Numbered from the stretch's first letter, positions 18,934-29,809 are shown. The stretch is DNA of 60,612 nt from an uncultured Candidatus Poseidoniales archaeon (GCA_964389655.1 CAYMED010000017.1:1-60612), one strand, 5' to 3'. Numbers and translations are program-made. The notes: generated by a model not told the origin, from the sequence alone.

Positions 18934-19141
18934 GTTCAACATCTGTTGCTTTCATTCCAACTAAGGAGACTATGAACATCGACCCAAGTGGAATGAGATA
19001 ACAAACCAAGTAATATTGGATGGATTCCAACCCCCCCCCCTCTGGCTGTGGCTGCCCTATTACAAGCCATCCGAGATAAGCCAAAATGAGGGCAGGGGGG
19101 AGTGCGATTACCGCAAAAGCCAGTGCTTTGAGCGAGCGCAT
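18914..19141 (-). CDS. Small 2-TM hypothetical protein
   Basis: Two hydrophobic helices separated by PQPEGGG. Confidence 0.5.
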   Translation of the reverse strand: MRSLKALAFAVIALPPALILAYLGWLVIGQPQPEGGGLESIQYYLVCYLIPLGSMFIVSLVGMKATDVELIPEPD

Positions 19142-19189
19142 GGTACGCCCATAGGCCTGCACCCCATGAATCCGGCGATGGTGATGAGG

Positions 19190-21136
19190 TCATTTACGCG
19201 GGGAAAGGCCGCGCTTTGTCAACTCTTCAACAGAACATGTGTTCAAAACATCATCAACTCTCAGCCATCCCTTTCTTGCTATGGCAATACCCCAAGTCAA
19301 ATCCGCAAGACCTGCAATACTATGCGCATCTGGATTGATTGCAACAGGAACGGAAGCATTTCGTGCGCGCTTCAAATGCCGCCAATCTGTATCAAGCCGA
19401 TATGGAGAAGCATTGAGTTCGATTGCCTGAAGGCGGCCTTGAAGATTAGTACTTGACATATTTTCAATGACCAATCCAATATCAAGTGGGTATCCATCTC
19501 GTCCACCAAGAATACGCCCCGTAGGGTGTCCAAGCATTGTAACACTTGGGTGACTAAGTGCCTCCATGATCACTTCAGCATTCTCTAATTCATCTCGCCT
19601 TTGCCACCGGGATAAAGGTTGATGGACAGACACAATGACATGATCTAGAGTTGCGAGAGTCTCATCATCATAGTCGAGTGATCCATCAAAGTCTATGTCA
19701 ACTTCACTTCCATGGAAAAGACGGAAATCGGTTCCGTGGTCCTTCCATTCTTGGTTGAGCTTCGCAATCTCATTCCCTTGCTGGAGAAGATCCTCTGGTT
19801 CTGCCCCCGAAGCAATACGCAGGGATTGTGAATGGTCTGAGATCCCCAGCCATGTCCAGCCCATTCGCTGAGCGGCTTCTGCCATTTGCTCTAGTGTTGC
19901 TTGGCCATCAGAAAGTGTAGTGTGGTTGTGAAATGCACCTTGTATATCTGACATTTCAATCAGTTGAGGAAGGTCTCCTTGCTCCGCCGCTTCAATCTCC
20001 CCCATATCTTCTCTCAATTCAGGTTCAACAAAATCGAGCTGAAGAAGACGATAAATCTCAGCCTCTTCCTTGGCAGGGAGGCTATATTCTGCTGCAACTT
20101 CTCCTTTGAGATCACCCATCTTTGATTCTGGAATTAGACCGAATTCATTGAGCCGTAATCCGCGCTCAATCGCCCTTTTCCTCATTCGAATATTGTGTTC
20201 CTTTGATCCAGTAAAGTATGCAAGTGTGAATGCAAAACGCTCAGGGAGGACAATACGGATCTGGGCATCTATAGTCCCACTTGCCTCAAGATGTTCCCAT
20301 GACTCCCCCCCAATTGCCTCAAGGACGTTAGCATCGAGATGTCCAAGTTTGGGATTTGCATCAAGGATTTCAGTGGAAAGGATTAGGCTGGTTTTTGATG
20401 AGCCCGCACCTTTCACACTCGCAATGCCAGGAAACCTGAGAATTGCTTCCTGCACTGCTTCTGCGTCTTCAGGCAATGCTGCAATCACAACATCAAGGTC
20501 ACCCACAGTTTCACGACGACGGCGAGCAGAGCCCGCAAGTTGTGCTCGTTTGACCCCTTTGACATCCAAAATTCGGTCGAGAAAAGCTTGTCCATATCGC
20601 AATGCTGCATCAATGCGACGGCGCCCTCGATAACGCTCAACCAAGGCGATCCCTTCGATGATCCGATTCTGAGATTTCAAACCAAATCCATCAAGAGTCT
20701 CAATTGCTCCATCCTCGCAGGCAGATAGAAGATCCGAGATCGTGTCAATCCCCAATTCATCATAGATCTGCTTAATCCGTTTGGGACCAAGGTTGGGTAT
20801 TTCAAGCATATCAATGAGTCCAGAAGGTGTTTGCTGATGCAATTCAATCCATTCACCCCAGTCACCGTCCTCAAGTGCCATCAAAATGGCTGCAGCTAAC
20901 CCCTTTCCAATTCCCTTAACATCAGTAAGACGCCCTTCACTTGCTAGAAGCCAAAGATCTTCATTGAGGGAAGAAATAATGCGACTGCCATTTTGATACG
21001 CGCGTACTCTGAAAGGGTTGGCGCCTTTGAGTTCAAGTAATACCCCAACATGGCTCAAGGCACCCGCAATTTGTGCACGGCTAAAGAAAGGAGCCTGCTG
21101 GCGCCGGCTCTTCGGCAACCCACTAATGCCTGCCAT
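19190..21136 (-). CDS. polX: Family X DNA polymerase with C-terminal PHP 3'-5' exonuclease domain
   Basis: NPFRVRAY, HhH GIGKG and GPKR, AGSARR, GDLD, YFTGSKEHN, LNEFGL, EPELRED; PHP HNHT..SDG, SDHS, GSEVD, GHPTGR, NPDAH. Confidence 0.95.
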   Translation of the reverse strand: MAGISGLPKSRRQQAPFFSRAQIAGALSHVGVLLELKGANPFRVRAYQNGSRIISSLNEDLWLLASEGRLTDVKGIGKGLAAAILMALEDGDWGEWIELHQQTPSGLIDMLEIPNLGPKRIKQIYDELGIDTISDLLSACEDGAIETLDGFGLKSQNRIIEGIALVERYRGRRRIDAALRYGQAFLDRILDVKGVKRAQLAGSARRRRETVGDLDVVIAALPEDAEAVQEAILRFPGIASVKGAGSSKTSLILSTEILDANPKLGHLDANVLEAIGGESWEHLEASGTIDAQIRIVLPERFAFTLAYFTGSKEHNIRMRKRAIERGLRLNEFGLIPESKMGDLKGEVAAEYSLPAKEEAEIYRLLQLDFVEPELREDMGEIEAAEQGDLPQLIEMSDIQGAFHNHTTLSDGQATLEQMAEAAQRMGWTWLGISDHSQSLRIASGAEPEDLLQQGNEIAKLNQEWKDHGTDFRLFHGSEVDIDFDGSLDYDDETLATLDHVIVSVHQPLSRWQRRDELENAEVIMEALSHPSVTMLGHPTGRILGGRDGYPLDIGLVIENMSSTNLQGRLQAIELNASPYRLDTDWRHLKRARNASVPVAINPDAHSIAGLADLTWGIAIARKGWLRVDDVLNTCSVEELTKRGLSPRK

Positions 21137-21214
21137 GAAATGCGGCAAGGGTATTGACACATAGCATGCATCTATTCGGGTCAGGATTGAACAGGGAGAC
21201 GCGTACGAGGAGCC

Positions 21215-21550
21215 ATGGATCTTGGAAGCATAGCCGCAGACGCTGCTTCGCTAGGCTGCGGAATCGCTGCCATATTGTTCACCCTAATTGCCTCTGCGAG
21301 CCGGTCTGAAAAGATCGAAAAAATTGTCCAAAACTGCCTCTTCTTCTTACTTATCATCGATTCTATTCTATTGATGATCGTCTATTGGCAAGGAGTAGCA
21401 ATTTGGGGATCGACATACATTGCCAGACCACTTGCTTTGTTATGCGTGATCATCGCGATATCTAGCAAAGTAAATTTGACAGGAAAACAGATCAGTCAAG
21501 GTACGAATCCACATCAAATCAGAAAGATGCGCAAAATGGAGCAGGAATAG
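21215..21550 (+). CDS. Hypothetical 3-TM protein
   Basis: GAGGAG SD before the ATG; hydrophobic helices. Confidence 0.65.
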   Translation: MDLGSIAADAASLGCGIAAILFTLIASASRSEKIEKIVQNCLFFLLIIDSILLMIVYWQGVAIWGSTYIARPLALLCVIIAISSKVNLTGKQISQGTNPHQIRKMRKMEQE

Positions 21551-21562
21551 TGAACTGCAACC

Positions 21563-22456
21563 TTATTCTACTAAAGGCCCATAGCGCTCAAGTATCCATT
21601 GAGCTCGGCGCTGCACACCGATCAAAATGTCATAATTCAAGTTGACAACGGATGAAACCCGAGTCGAATGTCCATAAGAATCAGTGAGGACGACCAATAG
21701 CAGCACCATTCGCATAGCAGCTGCAGTCAAAGCAAAGAGGATCGCTTCAAGGGCAGGGTCATCCATGGCAATCATGAACATCAAGATCATTGCAATTAAG
21801 CCAAGAAACTCGAGGTTGATCAAGCGAAGAGGATTAAGTTTGTTTATCACTGCTGTTTGCCATGCAATCCTAGCATGCGACCATGAATGAAGACCATGCA
21901 TCAATGATTCGGTAACTGCATTGTCAAACTCATCGTGTACTCCATCGGTTGCGCCTTCGCGGATCGTTCGGACGATGAAGTCCCCCATTCGATACTCTTT
22001 TTCGGATAATTTCTCAAAATTCTCGACATCAAAATCGATTACGGTGTCAATATAATTCCCCATTGTTCGGGCAATTTTCATTTGGGTTTGTTCACCCAGC
22101 GCATGAGCAGTGGTGAGCATTGCGCCCATTGAACCTGCTAATTCATTGATAGACACTTGGACATCTCGTAATCGATTAAGTGATAGCGTCGATGCCTGAC
22201 CAACTAAAATTGCAAACATCAATCCAACCAGAGTCATAAATGAGAGGATTGCCCGGCTTGTAACTCCTGAAATCTCATCCGTTGAGTAATTGAGGCCCGC
22301 CCAATCACGCAAAGGTTGGGCAACTAATGCATGCAAAAAGAACAAGGCAATTGCATAGAGTAAAATGAAAGAAAGAAACATCGTAGAGGGTGGGATTTTA
22401 TGCAAGAAATGGCGTTGTAGAGCCCCATGAACCCCCTTGAATTCATCGTCACTCAT
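21563..22456 (-). CDS. Hypothetical membrane protein (DUF4239/bestrophin-like topology)
   Basis: 2 TM + helical loop + 2 TM; family call is weak. Confidence 0.5.
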   Translation of the reverse strand: MSDDEFKGVHGALQRHFLHKIPPSTMFLSFILLYAIALFFLHALVAQPLRDWAGLNYSTDEISGVTSRAILSFMTLVGLMFAILVGQASTLSLNRLRDVQVSINELAGSMGAMLTTAHALGEQTQMKIARTMGNYIDTVIDFDVENFEKLSEKEYRMGDFIVRTIREGATDGVHDEFDNAVTESLMHGLHSWSHARIAWQTAVINKLNPLRLINLEFLGLIAMILMFMIAMDDPALEAILFALTAAAMRMVLLLVVLTDSYGHSTRVSSVVNLNYDILIGVQRRAQWILERYGPLVE

Positions 22457-22517
22457 AGCGCATCTCAAAGCCCACCGCAACCCTTCTTGTTGTCAAGATT
22501 GCTCATGATTTGTTGTT

Positions 22518-23357
22518 TTAGAGAATGATTTCACACCAATGATCGACTAAGTCAGGTAATATTTCACCGGCTTTTCCCAAATGTACCTCATCCCACAAAA
22601 ATGGCATTTGCGGGGCTTCAAGATTGACCCAATACGTTTTCGCTCCAGCTTGCTTAGCTGCAAGCCCAAAAGATGCTGCTGGCTCAACATGCCCACTTGT
22701 CCCAATGGAGACAAAAACATCTGCTGATTGAATCGCATATTCAATGGCATCTAGGCCTATTGGCATTTCTCCAAACCATACGACATCGGGACGCATTAGC
22801 ATCTCAGGGTCGATGTCCCCAACCTCAATCAATTCTATGGATTCAGATCCTAAAGTAACTGACAAACCCCGTGTTGAATCTAGATCTTGATCCTCCAATG
22901 TGTGTAGTCGCCTGCCATCGAGAGGATGGCGGAGAGTTGCAAGAGCACCGTGCATAGCGATAATTCGGCGACTTCCTGCTCGTGCATGTAAGTCATCAAC
23001 ATTCTGAGTAATCAAAATAAATGCTTCATCTTGAATTGATGTCGCATCATGTTCTAATGAACATGTCAGCCACTTGCGTTCAACTTCACGCACGGATGCC
23101 ATGAACACTTCCTCTTCCGTGCATAATGCTGATTCAAGTTTAGCCAATGCGAGATGAGCAGCATTTGGCTTTGTATCGAGCAATTGTCTTCTCCTTTGAG
23201 TATAGAAATTCCAAACAAGAGATGGATCTCGATTCCAACCCATGGGTGTTGCAACCGCATGAATATCATGGCCTTCCCATAATCCATCAGCCCCACGAAA
23301 TGTTTGGATGCCGGATTCTGCCGAGATTCCTGCACCAGTAAGAATGACCCAATTCAT
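22518..23357 (-). CDS. cobB: NAD-dependent protein deacylase (Sir2/CobB, class III)
   Basis: LTGAGISAESG, TFRG, TQNVD, HG, RPDVVWFGE, GTSG. Confidence 0.93.
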   Translation of the reverse strand: MNWVILTGAGISAESGIQTFRGADGLWEGHDIHAVATPMGWNRDPSLVWNFYTQRRRQLLDTKPNAAHLALAKLESALCTEEEVFMASVREVERKWLTCSLEHDATSIQDEAFILITQNVDDLHARAGSRRIIAMHGALATLRHPLDGRRLHTLEDQDLDSTRGLSVTLGSESIELIEVGDIDPEMLMRPDVVWFGEMPIGLDAIEYAIQSADVFVSIGTSGHVEPAASFGLAAKQAGAKTYWVNLEAPQMPFLWDEVHLGKAGEILPDLVDHWCEIIL

Positions 23358-23421
23358 ATCTTCCGCCTCAAATACTGGCCGATCAATTCTTTGCTTATTC
23401 TTCAATCGATTACAAGGCTTG

Positions 23422-23751
23422 ATGTCCAAGAACAATCTCGCCACAAATGTGACTGTTGAAATAAATCAAGAGACTGTGCTCGAACTGATCGGACCAGTTC
23501 AAGAAATCCTAGCAGCGCATGATGGAATTGTTAATGTGGTCAGTACAGATGATGGAATCATCATGCTTGGTCTTGAGGGAGGATGCACGGGATGTTCATC
23601 GACTCCAATGACTGCGATGCAGATGTATTATTCGCTAAAACAAGTGGAAGGTGTCAAAGAAGTCATATTTGTTAATGGAGAATTACCACCATATATGCAA
23701 TCCTTCATTGATGAAAAACTTGCGATTGAAGACCCTCAAGACCCCTCATAA
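23422..23751 (+). CDS. NifU C-terminal (Nfu) Fe-S carrier protein
   Basis: HDGIV..LEGGCTGCSST. Confidence 0.8.
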   Translation: MSKNNLATNVTVEINQETVLELIGPVQEILAAHDGIVNVVSTDDGIIMLGLEGGCTGCSSTPMTAMQMYYSLKQVEGVKEVIFVNGELPPYMQSFIDEKLAIEDPQDPS

Positions 23752-23767
23752 ATAGAGGAATGATTGA

Positions 23768-25072
23768 ATGGCGACCTTGCGCATATTTTTCCTTGTCTGC
23801 ACCCTATTCGTGATGTGCCCGATTGGATATGTATCACAACTAACATCCGCAACTGACAACGCATGTGCAACTGGAAATTCAACTATTGATCGCGTGGGGT
23901 GTTTGGATACGGATGGAGATGGATGGTCAGATCCAGACACAAACTGGACTACCATTAATGGGGCAGACTCTTGCAAAGAAGTCGCGGGTAAATCCTCACT
24001 TGACCGAAATGGATGCAGTGATACTGACAATGATGGATGGTCAAATCCTGACCAAAATTGGAAGGCGCATCCTGACGGTCAAGGTGATGCATTACCCTTC
24101 GAGAGCACCCAATGGGAAGACTCTGATTTTGATGGCTGGGGAGATAATCAATCAGAAGGGGCAAAGCATATCGATTATTGGCCAGATGATCGGACCGCTC
24201 ACGCACCTGTGGCGCTGGTCGGTTGTGAACCCCCACAGCATGAGGCAAGAATTGGGGAGAAGATAGGTTTTGAATGTCAAATTCGCAATCCAATGCAATC
24301 TGTCGAACTTTCCATCTCGATTGAAGCAGTATACGATGCAAATCTAAGTGGACAATACCCTCCCTTCACGAGCCGTCTAGGGCTTGCTGGAGACGCTGGC
24401 GACAAACTAGGGATTAATGTGCAAGGAACTGCCATTTCCGAAGGATTGTCCAGCATACGGCTCTTAATTAGAACATCAGATGGGGAATTGATACGAGAGG
24501 AAAATCTCCACGTTTTAGTAACCTCACATGACGATTCAGTACTTGACGTAAATGCAGACTTATCTGAAATCAGTTCTCACCTCAACGATAAATCTCGTAA
24601 AATATTACTCCAGCAATCTTTCCTAGGAATTCTAATGATTGTGGCCTTGGGACAAGCTCTAGGGCGCATGCGTCGAGTACAAGGCAGGCGTTTGCGGTCC
24701 CGTGCCATGTACAATGCCATTAGCGGCATGGGTGCCGAATCTGGCCTCAGCGATGAAGAAGCGCCCCCTTCATCTACTGATGCAGCTAGAGATGGCAGAA
24801 TCGGAACACCTGATTCATCAGATAAGGAAAAGCCTAGTGGGCCCGCTGACCAACATATTAGCATGCCAAAGAGCATGGAGTCCATGGCAGGAATTTCCAA
24901 AGATGCACTTCACAAAGTCGATGGAAAGAACACAGATAATGTCCAATCAGACTACACGCCAAAGTCTTCATCAGAGCCTGCAGATTTCGAACCGGATATA
25001 GGCAAAGAAGATGGTGATTGGAGCCCAACGCCTGCAAAAACATCGGTGGATGATTGGGGCCCTGAATTGTAA
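23768..25072 (+). CDS. Secreted/membrane protein with thrombospondin type 3-like Ca-binding repeats
   Basis: GCLDTDGDGWSD, GCSDTDNDGWSN, DSDFDGWGDN; signal peptide, TM, disordered tail. Confidence 0.7.
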   Translation: MATLRIFFLVCTLFVMCPIGYVSQLTSATDNACATGNSTIDRVGCLDTDGDGWSDPDTNWTTINGADSCKEVAGKSSLDRNGCSDTDNDGWSNPDQNWKAHPDGQGDALPFESTQWEDSDFDGWGDNQSEGAKHIDYWPDDRTAHAPVALVGCEPPQHEARIGEKIGFECQIRNPMQSVELSISIEAVYDANLSGQYPPFTSRLGLAGDAGDKLGINVQGTAISEGLSSIRLLIRTSDGELIREENLHVLVTSHDDSVLDVNADLSEISSHLNDKSRKILLQQSFLGILMIVALGQALGRMRRVQGRRLRSRAMYNAISGMGAESGLSDEEAPPSSTDAARDGRIGTPDSSDKEKPSGPADQHISMPKSMESMAGISKDALHKVDGKNTDNVQSDYTPKSSSEPADFEPDIGKEDGDWSPTPAKTSVDDWGPEL

Positions 25073-25130
25073 TTCGGCGCAAACCGCTAAGAAAGAATCG
25101 GGGGTCGCCGCAGAGTGAGGTTGATTGAAC

Positions 25131-27242
25131 ATGGATGCTTCGATGATGACGAATCTTGCTATAGCTGCACTTGTAACTGCTGGAATTTCACTTTTAATTG
25201 CCTTCTTTCTTTATCGGAAAATAACATCACAACCAATTGAGAATGAAATTGTAGCAGGGATTACTCAGCGAATTCAAGACGGGGCAATGGCCTTTCTCAA
25301 AGCAGAATACAAAGTATTAGCTGTCTTTATTTTCATTGTCGGAGGCTTGATCGCAACCACCATTGGTTGGCAAACTTCTGCTGCGTTCTTAGCGGGGGCA
25401 CTTTGCAGCGTCTTCGCTGGTTTCTTCGGAATGCGTGCTGCCACTGCCGCAAATGGACGTACAGCCATGGCAGCCATGGAGCGTGGTGAAGCAGGAGCAC
25501 TTGAGGTATCCTATAATGGGGGTGCTGTAATGGGCCTCTCTGTTGGGGGACTCGGACTTCTTGGTGTATCTGCAATGTATCTGTGGATCGGAAAAGAGAC
25601 ATCTACTGTCGGCATGATTGCGGGCTTTGGGATGGGTGCTTCGAGCATTGCTTTATTCGCTAGAGTTGGGGGTGGAATTTACACAAAAGCTGCTGATGTA
25701 GGCGCTGATTTAGTGGGAAAAGTCGAGGCAGGAATACCCGAAGATGATCCTAGAAACCCGGGTACGATTGCAGATAATGTTGGAGATAATGTTGGAGACG
25801 TAGCAGGAATGGGCGCCGATATTTTCGAATCATTCGTTGGTTCCATGATTGCAGCCATGGTCATCGGTTCAACAATGACGCCATTAACTGGATACACGAA
25901 CGCTGAACTTGTATTATTGCCCTTGATGCTTGGATTTGTTGGACTCATTGCAAGTTTAGTGGGTGTCTTTTCGATGAGTGTTTTGAAAAGTAGTGGAAAC
26001 CCCGCATCAGCACTACGAAACACGACATTCATTGGTGCAATTCTATTTTGGGTCGGGGGTTGGGTTCTGCTCAATTTCCTTGGCCTTCCAACCGAACCAA
26101 TGTATGCTGTGATCGTTGGTTCAATTGTTGGAATTGCAATTGGTCTCGCAACTGAATACTACACAGGAATTGAGCCAGTGATGGGACTTCCCGTTCGCTC
26201 AGTACCTCACATCGGAGCAATGTCGAAGACCGGCCCCGCAACAAACGCCATTGCAGGACTTTCTGTCGGCATGATGAGTGTCTTTGTTCCAGTATTACTC
26301 ATCGCCATTGGAATTCTAATTTCAAATGATGTTGCAGGACTCTATGGTATTGCTCTAGCCGCTTTAGGAATGCTGGCCACAGTTGGTGTCACAATGACCG
26401 TCGATGCATATGGGCCCGTTGCTGATAATGCAGGCGGTATCGCAGAGATGGGTGAATTGGGGAAGGATGTCCGCAAGATCACGGATGGACTGGATTCCAT
26501 CGGCAACACAACAGCTGCAATTGGAAAGGGATTTGCAATTGGGAGTGCTGCTCTAACTGCACTTGCCCTCTTTGCAGCCTACAAATCAGCAGTCATCAAG
26601 GAAGATGCTGAATTCATGATGACACTAGATGATCCAGTTGTTGTGATCGGGCTCCTCATTGGAGGCGCACTACCATTCGTTGTTGCAGCCTTGACAATGA
26701 CAAGTGTTGGAAAAGCTGCAGGAAGCATGGTAGAAGAAATCCGCAATCAATTCGCTGCCATGCGTAAAGCGCTGAAAAAGGATAAAAATTTCGAAGGGGA
26801 TCTTGAAGATCCGACAACTTGGCCGCTTGAAATTACAGCGGATGGAAGAACGTACCCTGATTCAAGCCGTTGTGTAGACATTTCAACACGTTCTGCTCTT
26901 CGGGAAATGATACTTCCAGGCCTTATTGCAGTTGCTAGCCCAGTCATCATTGGAGTTGCATTCAACGCTGCTGCCCTCGGGGGGTTACTAGCTGGTGCCA
27001 CAGTTACGGGAGTACTGATGGCCCTCTTCATGGCCAATGCAGGTGGCGCTTGGGATAATGCGAAAAAGGCAATTGAGCAAGGACACATAGAAGGAGCAGA
27101 AAAAGGCGACGAATCACATGACGCTGCTGTCATTGGAGATACAATTGGAGATCCATTCAAGGATACATCGGGTCCTTCACTGAATATTCTCATAAAATTG
27201 ATGTCCATTGTCTCTCTCGTCATCGTGCCGATCATTGTCTGA
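25131..27242 (+). CDS. hppA: Membrane-bound ion-translocating pyrophosphatase (K+-dependent, probably Na+-pumping)
   Basis: [60 protein letters not shown]. Confidence 0.96.
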   Translation: MDASMMTNLAIAALVTAGISLLIAFFLYRKITSQPIENEIVAGITQRIQDGAMAFLKAEYKVLAVFIFIVGGLIATTIGWQTSAAFLAGALCSVFAGFFGMRAATAANGRTAMAAMERGEAGALEVSYNGGAVMGLSVGGLGLLGVSAMYLWIGKETSTVGMIAGFGMGASSIALFARVGGGIYTKAADVGADLVGKVEAGIPEDDPRNPGTIADNVGDNVGDVAGMGADIFESFVGSMIAAMVIGSTMTPLTGYTNAELVLLPLMLGFVGLIASLVGVFSMSVLKSSGNPASALRNTTFIGAILFWVGGWVLLNFLGLPTEPMYAVIVGSIVGIAIGLATEYYTGIEPVMGLPVRSVPHIGAMSKTGPATNAIAGLSVGMMSVFVPVLLIAIGILISNDVAGLYGIALAALGMLATVGVTMTVDAYGPVADNAGGIAEMGELGKDVRKITDGLDSIGNTTAAIGKGFAIGSAALTALALFAAYKSAVIKEDAEFMMTLDDPVVVIGLLIGGALPFVVAALTMTSVGKAAGSMVEEIRNQFAAMRKALKKDKNFEGDLEDPTTWPLEITADGRTYPDSSRCVDISTRSALREMILPGLIAVASPVIIGVAFNAAALGGLLAGATVTGVLMALFMANAGGAWDNAKKAIEQGHIEGAEKGDESHDAAVIGDTIGDPFKDTSGPSLNILIKLMSIVSLVIVPIIV

Positions 27243-27259
27243 TGGCTGGATGAACAAAT

Positions 27260-28249
27260 ATGATGAATCGACATCCTTCACTGACCGCAATCATACTGAC
27301 CGCAGTCATTCTAGTCCCATTCGCTGGATGTGTGGGGGAAGATGAAAAATCCAGCGACCCGACAGCACCATCGAATGCCACTTCACCACCAAATTGGGCT
27401 ATTGGAGAGTGGTGGACCTACTCATTCCGGTCTGATACATATGAGGGGCACAGCACAAAATTGGTTGTCGCAGATACTGTTGCCTCAGATGCCGCACATA
27501 TGCTAGGGATATCAGCTGAAAAAGAAGCACAAAGGCACGCTGTTCTCAACCACAATCCATTTCTAGGCCGAATCACATTGGCAGAACGGGGCGTATATGA
27601 AAATGGAAGCCTGCAGTCAGTATTTCATTTTCCGATGACCTATGGGGAAACTTGGAGTTTCGACCTGTTAGGAAAAACAGGATGGAAAGCATCTGTTGAA
27701 AAGATCGAGTTGACGCCAGAGGGTGAGAAAATCACTGTGCAAGCGACAAGTTCTAGTGGTGATAAAATGACATACGTGTGGTCTCAAGGAGCAGGGTTTA
27801 TCGAATCTTTTCGAGTAGAGAATTCAGGCGGTGAACTTCTCACAGAAATGCAACTCACTGAATTTGGGACGAATCATTCAGGTGTCGTCTGGTTTCTGCG
27901 AGGTAGTGATCTCTATGAGGGTGCTTGGACATCTTCAGCAGGTGACCCTAAAATCGAAACCGAGATCACATTTCTAGATGCGGGCCATCCGCGAGATGGA
28001 GAATTTGATACGCTTGTATTCCAGATCATAGCTCAAACTGGAAGTGATGGTATTGGTACCTTGTTGCTTCAAGACCCTACAAGAGCCACAGTATTGGAAC
28101 GAAATTGGGAATTTGGAGAAAGTGAGAATGGACATGATTCAATCGAATCAACAAATGGTGACTATAACATGCAAATCACTTTGACTGGAAGCGTATACCT
28201 GAACTTCATGATATCGGGTGCTGTTTCTTATTCATGGACACTAGAGTAA
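27260..28249 (+). CDS. Putative lipoprotein (PxWxxGxxWxY family)
   Basis: FAGC lipobox; PNWAIGEWWTY; FPMTYGETW. Confidence 0.65.
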   Translation: MMNRHPSLTAIILTAVILVPFAGCVGEDEKSSDPTAPSNATSPPNWAIGEWWTYSFRSDTYEGHSTKLVVADTVASDAAHMLGISAEKEAQRHAVLNHNPFLGRITLAERGVYENGSLQSVFHFPMTYGETWSFDLLGKTGWKASVEKIELTPEGEKITVQATSSSGDKMTYVWSQGAGFIESFRVENSGGELLTEMQLTEFGTNHSGVVWFLRGSDLYEGAWTSSAGDPKIETEITFLDAGHPRDGEFDTLVFQIIAQTGSDGIGTLLLQDPTRATVLERNWEFGESENGHDSIESTNGDYNMQITLTGSVYLNFMISGAVSYSWTLE

Positions 28250-28254
28250 GCGGG

Positions 28255-28839
28255 ATGAACATGGTAGGCCGCCTTGTGATGATGCACGGGTATACAGGTA
28301 ATCCAAAATTGATTGAACCACTGACCGCCACGTTGACGCCTCCAAATTGGAAGCGAGTCTGCCCAAAGGCCCCTCACAAACATCCAGAACGTGGATGGGA
28401 GTGGTGGGCAGTTGGAACACCTACAGAAAAATTGCGGCCATCGCAAATATCAGATGTTGAGAATTCGATTCGACATCTCGAGGATAGACTTGCGGGTGAT
28501 GATCCACTAATTGTGGGTGGTTTTAGCCAAGGAGGATCCATGGCGATTGAATTACTTCATTCATCCCTTGAGCAAAGAATCCAGGGGATAATTGTGCTTA
28601 GTGGGCGCTGTATCCGTCCGGAGTTATTGCTGGACCGATTGAGGGAGATAGCAGTACGACCATTCTATTGGGCTCATGGAAACAAGGACAAAATCGTTCC
28701 ACTTGCTAACACACTGCGTGCCCAAGATATGTTCATCGAAATGGGTTGGAAAATTACCAAAGGTGAGCATTCTGGAGGGCATATGATTCCGCGTTCTGTA
28801 AGGGCGGCACTCCCTGATGTCGTCCGCTCAATGGTCTAG
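28255..28839 (+). CDS. Phospholipase/carboxylesterase (alpha/beta hydrolase)
   Basis: MHGY, GFSQGG, HGNKDKIV, GGH triad. Confidence 0.85.
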   Translation: MNMVGRLVMMHGYTGNPKLIEPLTATLTPPNWKRVCPKAPHKHPERGWEWWAVGTPTEKLRPSQISDVENSIRHLEDRLAGDDPLIVGGFSQGGSMAIELLHSSLEQRIQGIIVLSGRCIRPELLLDRLREIAVRPFYWAHGNKDKIVPLANTLRAQDMFIEMGWKITKGEHSGGHMIPRSVRAALPDVVRSMV

Positions 28840-29748
28840 TGAGGAATCATTCATTTCTTCCACTACCAGCCCATCATCATCTATCATCCAATCAATGCGA
28901 GTCCAGCCTACCTGATCAAGGGCTAATTGTAACTTCTCATCCGCACCTTCAGTGCACAATAGGCCTGCAACACCCCCACCACCTGCGCCCATTGCCTTCC
29001 ATCCCTTGATGACATCATCACTGCGTAGCGGCTCAATCAGGTCCTTGAAATGTCCATGAATTGATGGATGTAGGATATCTACTGCATCACAGATTTGGTC
29101 AAAAGCATCTAGCACTCGATCTCTCCGGTCTTGTGCAAAGGCATCTGACATCATACGTGCTGTCTCTCGGATCAAATGCAGAGCATCAACAACGTCTGAG
29201 TCACCATTTGCGTACCTTCCCCATACAAGATCTTGAACTTCTGTTGAGCGGCGACGAATACCACAATCAACCAGCCAAAGGCTCCGCTCAAGCCATTTAC
29301 GGGCACTGCGAAGGGGTTCAAATGGCATCTCAATCACTTCATCACCTGCAAAAAGAAAACGGTTGAAGCCTCCTTTGGCTGCTGCCCATTGATCTTGTTT
29401 TCCGCATATGTCGCCAAGTGCTTGTTCGACTCGCCAAGCACGTTCCGCAGCATCATTTTGGGTCACTTTTGGCCCCAGAATTGCACCTACAAGAGCAACA
29501 TTTAGTGAACTTGACGTTCCTAATCCACTTCCTGAAGGCACACCCGTTTTGCTTTTCACATGTACCAATCCGTCAGAAGAAGTCCTGTGTATGACTGTCG
29601 ATCCTGGACGGATCGCGACATTGACAACTTCACCACCATGATCTGATGCATATGGCCCAACATCTGTCCAACCTCCCGCCAAGTCGATACGAGAAGGAGC
29701 ATGGGCGTGAATGACACGCTCCGCCATATTATGTTCATTTCCAGACAT
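28828..29748 (-). CDS. GHMP sugar kinase (HddA/fucokinase-like)
   Basis: APSRIDLAGGWTD, PSGSGLGTSS, GKQDQ, GAGGGG. Confidence 0.8.
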   Translation of the reverse strand: MSGNEHNMAERVIHAHAPSRIDLAGGWTDVGPYASDHGGEVVNVAIRPGSTVIHRTSSDGLVHVKSKTGVPSGSGLGTSSSLNVALVGAILGPKVTQNDAAERAWRVEQALGDICGKQDQWAAAKGGFNRFLFAGDEVIEMPFEPLRSARKWLERSLWLVDCGIRRRSTEVQDLVWGRYANGDSDVVDALHLIRETARMMSDAFAQDRRDRVLDAFDQICDAVDILHPSIHGHFKDLIEPLRSDDVIKGWKAMGAGGGGVAGLLCTEGADEKLQLALDQVGWTRIDWMIDDDGLVVEEMNDSSLDH

Positions 29749-29809
29749 CGAATCATAGGGGACGAAGGCTGTTCATTGATAAACAGAACAGACATGGCGT
29801 TCCGATTGT

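Noticed and set aside
18936-19193. Alternative-frame ORF overlapping the polX stop
   Set aside because: The other frame gives a coherent 2-TM protein; this one lacks protein-like character, though it is not fully excluded
22518-23357. Sir2-based anti-phage system
   Set aside because: Classical CobB motifs and no defence partner genes nearby
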